Assembly (NCBI GenBank): GCA_017515475.1
Contig: JAFWFS010000027.1
Span: forward strand, 829-64,828
DNA from: Erysipelotrichaceae bacterium
GTDB lineage: Bacteria; Bacillota_I; Bacilli_A; Erysipelotrichales; Erysipelotrichaceae
Reading direction: 5' to 3'
DNA length: 64,000 bases
Shown: positions 57,555-64,000 of the stretch, in pieces
Position numbering within the stretch: the stretch's first letter is position 1
Layout: each line of letters starts with the position of its first letter
Translations under genes and position numbers: made by a program
The notes under the pieces: model-generated
Database searches by the model: none
Told to the model about the DNA's origin: nothing
What the model saw: the letters and a program-made list of their open reading frames with translations, nothing else

Positions 57555-59207
57555 ATGAGAAGACTGTTTGACAAAAAATGGTATTTGCAACATTACCCAG
57601 AAGCAAATAGCTACAATAAGGGGGCCTTCAAACATTATATAGATATCGGATGGAGGAAGAATTATAATCCATCTGGATTCTTTTCTACTAGCCATTACCT
57701 GAAAGACCGTCCAGATGTGAGAGAGGCCAACATATGTCCATTGATACATTATTACCGATACGGTTTATGGGAAGGAGCGAAAATCTATCCTTCCTCATCT
57801 ATCTATAAAGGTAATTATAAAAAAAGACCGTTCATGTTTCTTCCGAGAACGATAAACAAATTGCTATGGAAAAAAGATATAAAAAAGAACAAGAATAAAA
57901 AGATACTGGTAATTCTGCATTTGTTTTATATTAATGCATTTAAAGAGATTAAATATTATCTTCAGAATCTTTCATGTTATAAATATGATCTTGTTATCTC
58001 CTATGTAGAGAATTATGATTATGGAACACTTTTTGAAGAAATTAAGAGATTCAAAAAAGACGTAGTTTTTGTTCCTGTCAAGAATCTTGGATATGATATA
58101 TGGCCGTTTATTAAGGTATTAAAAGAAACGAATCTGGATAGTTATGATATAGTGTTTAAGATTCAGTCCAAAAGAACGGAATACGCAAATCTTATCTATG
58201 GAAACTTCTTTAAAAACAGAGATTGGTTTTTATGTCTTTTTGACGGGATTTTAGGCCCATACAACGTGCACAAAACCGTAAGCAGCCTGACATCTAACGA
58301 AAGAATCGGGTTATCATGTTCGCAAAGACTTATCGTTTCTGATTCAGAACCGAAACTGAGCCGAACAAAAAAGAGATTGAAAGAACTGGGAATAACAATA
58401 TCGGATGATTACTGTTTTGTTTCTGGAACCTGTTTTGCGATTAAAAAGGAAATTGCAGAAAGAATTAAAGAATTAGATGTTAAAGAAGAGAACTTCACTC
58501 GTTCTTCTTACCGTGGTTTTTTCTCTAACGCTCACGCATTAGAAAGATATATTGGTAATGTAGCAAAAGAAATGGGTTACCTTTATCAAGGTAACCATAC
58601 CGGGATGATTCAAGAAAACAAGTGGAATAGACTCGAAGAAAAACTACGCAAACTTAGCGGGATAAGGATCATATCTGAACTACCAATAAAAATGTCCGAA
58701 GAGTTTAAACTCCGATGTTTAGATAATGGATTTATTAGAGATTACGGTATCGAGAAGATCAGAGTCGGTGATCTTTTCTCGTTGCAACCTCAGGATTTAA
58801 AAGCTTATCATCTAGATGAACTAGCACCATTCAGGTACTTAAAATCGGTTGAGAATCGTGAAGAGTATATACGATATTGTGAAACCGGCAGAAGATCGGA
58901 CTATCTTAATTTGTCAGATGATGAGTTTAAAGAGAAGATCAGGGAGATCTGTTGCGAGAGATTTGACAGGCTGATTGAGGACTTAAACCAAAACGGATAT
59001 AACGAAAATGAACCGATCATAATCGAAAAGAATACTAACAGAATACTGGATGGAACACATAGAGCATGTTGGATAATGAATAAATACGGCAAAGACAAAA
59101 TGATAAATGTTCTTTCTTTAGACGTTATTCATTTTGACATGTTTTCCGCCAGACCTTTCTTGTCATATTTAAAAGAGCTACACATGAATTATCAGTTTCA
59201 TGAATAA
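57555..59207 (+). CDS. rgpF: Rhamnan synthesis protein F (RgpF)-like glycosyltransferase with a C-terminal ParB/Srx-like extension
   Basis: 550 aa. The N-terminus has FDKKWYLQHYPE-type repeats. The central part KKILVILHLFYINAFKEIKYYLQNL..YDLVIS...DIWPF matches the RgpF family pattern. The last 150 aa or so contain PIIIEKNTNRILDGTHRACW. Confidence 0.65.
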   Translation: MRRLFDKKWYLQHYPEANSYNKGAFKHYIDIGWRKNYNPSGFFSTSHYLKDRPDVREANICPLIHYYRYGLWEGAKIYPSSSIYKGNYKKRPFMFLPRTINKLLWKKDIKKNKNKKILVILHLFYINAFKEIKYYLQNLSCYKYDLVISYVENYDYGTLFEEIKRFKKDVVFVPVKNLGYDIWPFIKVLKETNLDSYDIVFKIQSKRTEYANLIYGNFFKNRDWFLCLFDGILGPYNVHKTVSSLTSNERIGLSCSQRLIVSDSEPKLSRTKKRLKELGITISDDYCFVSGTCFAIKKEIAERIKELDVKEENFTRSSYRGFFSNAHALERYIGNVAKEMGYLYQGNHTGMIQENKWNRLEEKLRKLSGIRIISELPIKMSEEFKLRCLDNGFIRDYGIEKIRVGDLFSLQPQDLKAYHLDELAPFRYLKSVENREEYIRYCETGRRSDYLNLSDDEFKEKIREICCERFDRLIEDLNQNGYNENEPIIIEKNTNRILDGTHRACWIMNKYGKDKMINVLSLDVIHFDMFSARPFLSYLKELHMNYQFHE

Positions 59208-60147
59208 AGAAATGTATTATGATTTTGAAAAGAGGATATGGATGTTAAAAGAAAAAGCAAAAAAGCTAGTAAAAAAACTGCCTGTACTTAATAGCCTTTA
59301 TTCAAGGTCGGACAATCTACTTTCCAGAACGGAAGAGCTTTTTCACGAGCAGATTCAAATGCAGGAAGAGATAGAAAACCTAAAAAGGCAGCTTGCAAAA
59401 ATGCAGAACAGAATGGATTACGAGATCGACGCATTGGATCAAGTTATTTTGGGAAGGAATAGAGTCAGCATACCTGAAGGAAAAATCGCAGTTTATACGG
59501 CAATAATCGATAAGTATGATGTTTTATGGGAACCTGATTATATTGATGAAAGATGTGATTACTACTGTTTCACAAATAATAAAGAAATCGTTTCAGATAA
59601 ATGGAATATTGTTTTCTTCGATCGAAATCAGTATCCAGAATTAGAGGAATGTGATTCTGTAAAGGTAGCCAGATATATTAAGACACATCCGCATGTATTG
59701 TTAAAGAACTATAAACAGACCCTTTGGGTTGATGCAAATCTGCAGATTAAAAAAAGCATAGTAAACTGGATCGGGCTTTTTTTAAACGATGCAGCCATGC
59801 TGACCTTCAAACATCCATTAAGAGACTGTATTTATGAAGAAGGAGAAGCTTGCAAGGAAAAGAAAAAAGATGCATGTGACGTTATTGACAGGCAGTTGAG
59901 TATCTATCGGAATAATAAATACCCTGAACACAACGGGCTAATTATGACAAATGTTTTATATAGAAAGAACAATAAGACAATAACCGATTTTAACGAAAAG
60001 TGGTGGATGGAGATAAAAAACGGGAGTAGAAGAGATCAACTTAGTTTTAATTACGTTGCCTGGAAGACCGGAATCCTATTTGATCAATGTCATCTAAATC
60101 CATCCCAGAATTATTTTTTTGCGTATTATGCTCACGAAAAAAGATAA
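59200..60147 (+). CDS. DUF616 / TOD1-MUCI70-like glycosyltransferase-domain protein with an N-terminal coiled coil
   Basis: 315 aa. The N-terminal 70 aa are coiled-coil-like (EELFHEQIQMQEEIENLKRQLAKMQNRMD). They are followed by KIAVYTAIIDKYDVLWEP...YYCFTNN...VKVARYIKTHPHVLL...LWVDANLQI...RDQLSFNYVAW, typical of DUF616. Confidence 0.65.
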   Translation: MNKEMYYDFEKRIWMLKEKAKKLVKKLPVLNSLYSRSDNLLSRTEELFHEQIQMQEEIENLKRQLAKMQNRMDYEIDALDQVILGRNRVSIPEGKIAVYTAIIDKYDVLWEPDYIDERCDYYCFTNNKEIVSDKWNIVFFDRNQYPELEECDSVKVARYIKTHPHVLLKNYKQTLWVDANLQIKKSIVNWIGLFLNDAAMLTFKHPLRDCIYEEGEACKEKKKDACDVIDRQLSIYRNNKYPEHNGLIMTNVLYRKNNKTITDFNEKWWMEIKNGSRRDQLSFNYVAWKTGILFDQCHLNPSQNYFFAYYAHEKR

Positions 60148-60184
60148 CAGATAATTACAGTATTGGAATCAACTATATAAAAAT

Positions 60185-61309
60185 ATGACAATGGGCCAGT
60201 CTACACTGTTTAGCAAGAAAACAACCTCTATGTTGCACGGATTAGCCATATTGATGATGATATATCATCATCTCTTTATTAATGGTAACCACTGGTGCTT
60301 AAATGAAGGGGCTTCTTTGTTTGATATACTGGAATTCATGAATCCGTATCGTTCTGCTTCCGTGCAGCTCTTATTTGCCTGGTTCTGTAAGATCTGCGTT
60401 GCGGTCTTTGCTTTCACATCCGGATATGGGATCTGTGCCCAGCTGGACAAGAAATGTGATGGAACGTACAGATCCATGTATGGTTACTGTTTCAGAAGAC
60501 TATGGTCTTTCTATAAACAGTTCATGATTGCTTTTCTGTTTTTTAATGGTTACCAGTTGCTGTTTGATAATTCTCATGGCTTTGATTATTCATTTCTGAA
60601 TTTTATACTGAATATGCTGGGCTTGAGAACATCATACAATGCGACCCTGTGGTACGTTCCTTTATATTACTGCATGATCCTGCTTTCTCCGCTTTTTTAT
60701 GCGGTATTAAACGGAAAGATCAGCTTTAGATTAGTCGTTTGGCTAGCGATTGCCGGCATATTCTGTTCTGCTACGATTCTGTGCTATGCCTATATGATCA
60801 ATGATTTGCCGCATTATCTTATGATTTTTTCGAATCTGATTCAGAGCCCGTTCACTATTTATATGACCGTCTTCTTTGAAGGAATGGCCTGCTGTAGATT
60901 TTTAATACTTGATAAAATTAGTCGGAAGATGGGTTTATTGACAAATCTTCTTCTCTTAACCGCAACGTTTGTTCTGCGTACCATGGTGATTAGAGTGCCC
61001 GGGGATTACGTTTTCGATATTATGTTTATTATCCCGTTCATACTCAGCGTTTCCGGACTTATGTCGTATTCGAAATACTTGAGTACCGCTTTATGTCGTC
61101 TTGGAAACTATTCTTCCTACATGTGGTATTCCCATCCTTACTTCTATTCCTACTTGTTCTTTGGCTTCATAAGAAAAAGTGACATTTCACTGTTTGTATA
61201 TGCTCAGGTAGTGCTTTATTCGATGACGACATCCTTGTTTTTTTCGTTTGTTGAGAAAAATCTTGATAAACTATGTAAGAATATTATTAGAAAGGAAACG
61301 ACTTCATGA
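60185..61309 (+). CDS. Acyltransferase-3 family membrane O-acyltransferase (second copy)
   Basis: 374 aa with about 10 TM segments. It carries the histidine motif [16 protein letters not shown] near the N-terminus. Confidence 0.65.
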   Translation: MTMGQSTLFSKKTTSMLHGLAILMMIYHHLFINGNHWCLNEGASLFDILEFMNPYRSASVQLLFAWFCKICVAVFAFTSGYGICAQLDKKCDGTYRSMYGYCFRRLWSFYKQFMIAFLFFNGYQLLFDNSHGFDYSFLNFILNMLGLRTSYNATLWYVPLYYCMILLSPLFYAVLNGKISFRLVVWLAIAGIFCSATILCYAYMINDLPHYLMIFSNLIQSPFTIYMTVFFEGMACCRFLILDKISRKMGLLTNLLLLTATFVLRTMVIRVPGDYVFDIMFIIPFILSVSGLMSYSKYLSTALCRLGNYSSYMWYSHPYFYSYLFFGFIRKSDISLFVYAQVVLYSMTTSLFFSFVEKNLDKLCKNIIRKETTS

Positions 61310-62187
61310 AAGGTATTATTTTAGCTGGAGGAGCCGGAACAAGACTGTACCCCCTGACAATGGTGACATCCAAGCAGCTTCTGCCTGTTTATGATAAACC
61401 GATGATCTACTATCCTTTAAGCACATTGATGCTGGCGGGAATCAAGGAGATTCTGGTTATCTCTACACCATCGGATACGCCTAGATTCCAGGAACTCTTA
61501 GGTGATGGTTCACAGTTTGGTGTTTCTCTTTCTTACTGCGTACAGCCTTCTCCGGACGGTCTGGCCCAGGCTTTCATTCTTGGAAAAGAATTCATTGGAG
61601 ATGATTCCTGTGCAATGGTGCTGGGAGATAACATTTTCTACGGAAATGGTTTCTCACATATTCTGGAAAAGGCGAGAATGAACGCTGAAGAAAACAATAG
61701 AGCGACGATATTCGGATACCACGTCAATGATCCAGAACGCTTCGGAATTGTTGAATTCGACAAGAACGGAAAGGTTTTGTCCGTTGAGGAAAAACCTGCT
61801 CATCCGAAATCAAATTACTGCATTACTGGTCTGTATTTCTACCCGAAAGGTGTTTCAGCGATGGCGGGCAAAGTGAAGCCGTCTGCAAGAGGCGAGCTGG
61901 AGATAACAACCTTGAATGACATGTATCTGAAAGAAGAAAGACTGGATGTGGAACTTCTCGGAAGAGGTTATGCGTGGCTGGATACTGGAACGATGGATTC
62001 TCTTGTTGAAGCGGCCGTTTATGTACAGCTTTTATCCAAGAGGCAGAATTATGTCATTTCCGCTCCGGAAGAGATTGGATATAAATATGGCTGGATCAGT
62101 AGGGATGGACTGTTGAACAGCGCTGCACGTTACGGAAAATCTCCATATGGAGAGCATCTTAAGGCTGTGGCCGAAGGAAGAGAATAG
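61306..62187 (+). CDS. rmlA: Glucose-1-phosphate thymidylyltransferase
   Basis: 293 aa. Motifs include [18 protein letters not shown]...[68 protein letters not shown] and [11 protein letters not shown]. Confidence 0.95.
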   Translation: MKGIILAGGAGTRLYPLTMVTSKQLLPVYDKPMIYYPLSTLMLAGIKEILVISTPSDTPRFQELLGDGSQFGVSLSYCVQPSPDGLAQAFILGKEFIGDDSCAMVLGDNIFYGNGFSHILEKARMNAEENNRATIFGYHVNDPERFGIVEFDKNGKVLSVEEKPAHPKSNYCITGLYFYPKGVSAMAGKVKPSARGELEITTLNDMYLKEERLDVELLGRGYAWLDTGTMDSLVEAAVYVQLLSKRQNYVISAPEEIGYKYGWISRDGLLNSAARYGKSPYGEHLKAVAEGRE

Positions 62188-62188
62188 A

Positions 62189-62761
62189 ATGAAGCGGATC
62201 GATACTGCCATTGAGGGAGTATATATTATCGAATCGGACTGTTACGGCGATAACCGTGGCTGGTTTATGGAAACATATAATCAGGCCAAGTTTCGTGATC
62301 TTGGAATAGATACTGTTTTTGTGCAGGACAATATGTCGTATTCTGCACAGAAAGGCACCTTAAGAGGTTTGCACTATCAAAGAGGTGAACACTCTCAAAC
62401 AAAGCTTGTCAGGTGTACCAGAGGGATAGTCATCGACGTTGCGGTAGATATCAGAAAAGGATCTCCGACTTACGGAAAATACGTAACCTGTGAGCTTTCG
62501 GCAGAAAACAAAAGGATGTTTTATATTCCTAGAGGCATGGCTCACGGTTTTCTGACGGTAACGGATGACGTTGAATTCCAGTACAAGTGTGATAATCTTT
62601 ACAATAAGGAATCGGAAGGATCTATCAGATATGATGATCCTGATATCGGTATCGACTGGGGCTCATTGTTAAACGGCATAGAACCGGTATTATCGGATAA
62701 GGACAAGATCGCTCCAACCCTGAAAGAATGCAATGCGGACTTTATTTATGAAAAACGATAA
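62189..62761 (+). CDS. rmlC: dTDP-4-dehydrorhamnose 3,5-epimerase
   Basis: 190 aa from the ATG at 62189. Motifs include IEGVYIIES....DNRGWFMETYN, LRGLHYQ...SQTKLVRCTRGIVIDVAVDIRKGSPTYGK, YIPRGMAHGF and YKCD. The track start at 62147 lies inside rmlA. Confidence 0.92.
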   Translation: MKRIDTAIEGVYIIESDCYGDNRGWFMETYNQAKFRDLGIDTVFVQDNMSYSAQKGTLRGLHYQRGEHSQTKLVRCTRGIVIDVAVDIRKGSPTYGKYVTCELSAENKRMFYIPRGMAHGFLTVTDDVEFQYKCDNLYNKESEGSIRYDDPDIGIDWGSLLNGIEPVLSDKDKIAPTLKECNADFIYEKR

Positions 62762-63674
62762 GAAAACTGTATTGATTCTGCTAGTGGCAGTATTGCTGGT
62801 TTTATGTGGCATTGCCGGCTACAAGGTTTTTCTTTTTGTAAAAGATAAATATCATTATCTCCGTGAACATCTTGATAATATAGAGAAGCTCGTTGATTAT
62901 GAATCCGAAAGAAACTACAGACATTATGATTTTGATTATAGTTGGGCAGAAGAAAATGTTCTGGTAGCTCATGCCATGGGCGCATATGACGGCGATACTT
63001 ATACAAATTCGTTGCAGGCATTCAAGTATAATTACGATCTTGGATACAGGGTTTTTGAAGTTGATTTCGACTTAAGCAGCGATCACTACCTGATCTGCTC
63101 TCATGATGAAGAATACTGGCGGCAGATTTCTCAATCAGACGATAGCATTGAATACAGTCTGGAAAACTTCAAATCTCGTCCAATCTGTGGAGACGTCAAT
63201 ACCTTGGATGGAAAAGATATCATAGACCTTCTGAACGAGTATCCGGATATTTACATCATCACCGACACCAAATATTCAGATGAATTCAGGACCAAACTGC
63301 AGTTTACTCAGCTTCTGAATTATGCCAAAGAAAAAGATCTGACCGTTATGGACAGGATTATCCCGCAGATTTATTCCAGACAAATGTTTGATTTTGTAAT
63401 GGAAATCTATGAATTCAAGTCAATGATTTATACACTTTACCAGGATCCAGACTGGGAAACCGATATGATGGCTTTGTTCTGTTCAAAAACCGGAATCGGT
63501 TTTATAACCATGGGGCAGAATTTTCTGGATCAGAACAGAATAGACATATGGAAAAGATTCGGTATAAAAACCGCTGTCCATACAGTTGATGAAAAAGAAA
63601 AAGCACGGGAATTCCTGAAAACGGGCGTTACGATGGTATATTCGAATTTACTAATGCCAGATGATTTTAGATAA
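62748..63674 (+). CDS. Membrane-anchored glycerophosphodiester phosphodiesterase-like (GDPD / PI-PLC X-domain-like) protein
   Basis: About 308 aa from the ATG at 62748. It has a single N-terminal TM (VLILLVAVLLVLCGIAGY). LVAHAMGAYDG...NSLQAF...GYRVFEVDFDLSSDHYLICSHD follows, matching the HxxG...E.D...H.D catalytic pattern of the GDPD superfamily. Confidence 0.6.
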   Translation: MKNDKKTVLILLVAVLLVLCGIAGYKVFLFVKDKYHYLREHLDNIEKLVDYESERNYRHYDFDYSWAEENVLVAHAMGAYDGDTYTNSLQAFKYNYDLGYRVFEVDFDLSSDHYLICSHDEEYWRQISQSDDSIEYSLENFKSRPICGDVNTLDGKDIIDLLNEYPDIYIITDTKYSDEFRTKLQFTQLLNYAKEKDLTVMDRIIPQIYSRQMFDFVMEIYEFKSMIYTLYQDPDWETDMMALFCSKTGIGFITMGQNFLDQNRIDIWKRFGIKTAVHTVDEKEKAREFLKTGVTMVYSNLLMPDDFR

Positions 63675-63714
63675 CTTTATAATTCTGAAAAAAGAATAAA
63701 GATATAATAATATT

Positions 63715-64000
63715 ATGATTAAGTTGTGTATTCAAATTCTGTTGCATAGCGTTTTTACATTTCTTTTTTACAAAGCGTTGAATCAAACAATAAATGAATC
63801 ATTGCGACAGGAACAGATGATAATCAAGATCCTTGTTTTTTTCATAGTTCACATCTTTTTCTACGGGGCTTTCCTTTATATTTATAATCTGAATCAGTAT
63901 TATGAATATTTGAATTTCCTTGATTATCTAAATGATTATCATATAAACTCCTTAGAAGCTTTTTTAAAACACACATTGCTGAATTCAGCTCTTTCTGTTT
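63715..64000 (+). CDS. Hypothetical membrane protein, 5' part only (runs off the window end)
   Basis: The frame is open from the ATG at 63715 to the window end: MIKLCIQILLHSVFTFLFYKAL...ILVFFIVHIFFYGAFLYIY... The sequence is hydrophobic and AT-rich. It is missing from the ORF track because it has no stop in the window. Confidence 0.35.
   Translation, partial: MIKLCIQILLHSVFTFLFYKALNQTINESLRQEQMIIKILVFFIVHIFFYGAFLYIYNLNQYYEYLNFLDYLNDYHINSLEAFLKHTLLNSALSV

Noticed and set aside
63675-63714. Possible terminator after the GDPD-like gene (ctttat ... ataaag).
   Set aside because: The stem is only 6 AT-rich base pairs with a loop of about 15 nt and no clear T-tract. That is too weak to call.
1-64000. 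Search for CRISPR arrays, tRNA/rRNA genes, prophage modules, toxin-antitoxin pairs, restriction-modification or other defence systems.
   Set aside because: I saw no spaced direct-repeat arrays and no cas-like, integrase, terminase, methyltransferase, helicase-nuclease or STAND-ATPase-like ORFs. Every ORF of 200 aa or more could be placed in sugar metabolism, glycan assembly, housekeeping or IS200. The only nuclease-like hint is the ParB/Srx-like tail of the RgpF-like protein, which is reported separately with low confidence.

Overview
This looks like a chromosomal window from a Firmicute, possibly Clostridia/Lachnospiraceae-type. That guess rests only on the look of housekeeping proteins such as GpsA and on gene order; no search was run.

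Layout:
- 1-10.2 kb: housekeeping and sugar-activation genes at roughly 50% G+C. A partial AraC regulator sits divergent from a complete GDP-L-fucose supply operon (gmd-fcl-manC-ROK hexokinase-phosphohexomutase). It is followed by an Lrp/AsnC regulator plus aminotransferase pair, gpsA, and a transaldolase-family gene with a clean terminator.
- 10.27-11.0 kb: an intact solo IS200-type element, with a Y1 HUH transposase, subterminal hairpins and a perfect 16-bp inverted repeat occluding the RBS.
- 11.0-64.0 kb: one very large, compositionally mosaic cell-envelope glycan super-locus of 47 complete genes plus one partial gene.

Contents of the super-locus:
- A rhamnan-type, ABC-transporter-dependent block: GT4, GT2, Wzm, Wzt, large multidomain GTs, RgpF-like, DUF616/TOD1-like, rmlA and rmlC.
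- A Wzx-flippase block with several GT2/GT4 enzymes, two membrane O-acyltransferases and a protein carrying sialyltransferase motifs.
- Five DPM1/GtrB-type GT2 enzymes that probably load polyprenyl phosphate.
- Eight large polytopic membrane proteins that are GT-C-like or unassigned.
- Pathways for UDP-GlcA/UDP-xylose, a dTDP-3-amino-3,6-dideoxyhexose (FdtA/FdtB), a CDP-6-deoxyhexose derivative, and the complete CMP-Kdo pathway (kdsB-kdsA-kdsD plus a YhcH-KdsC fusion).

The most interesting signals are several Arn-like 'sugar to lipid carrier to outside' decoration modules, two of which may add free amines. Others are Kdo biosynthesis in an apparently monoderm context next to a sialyltransferase-motif GT, and unusual fusions (XRE-HTH::Ugd, YhcH::KdsC, RgpF::ParB/Srx-like).

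I saw no CRISPR array, rRNA/tRNA gene, prophage or recognisable defence system. All functional calls come from reading the translated ORFs and recognising family motifs by eye. They need HMM/BLAST confirmation.
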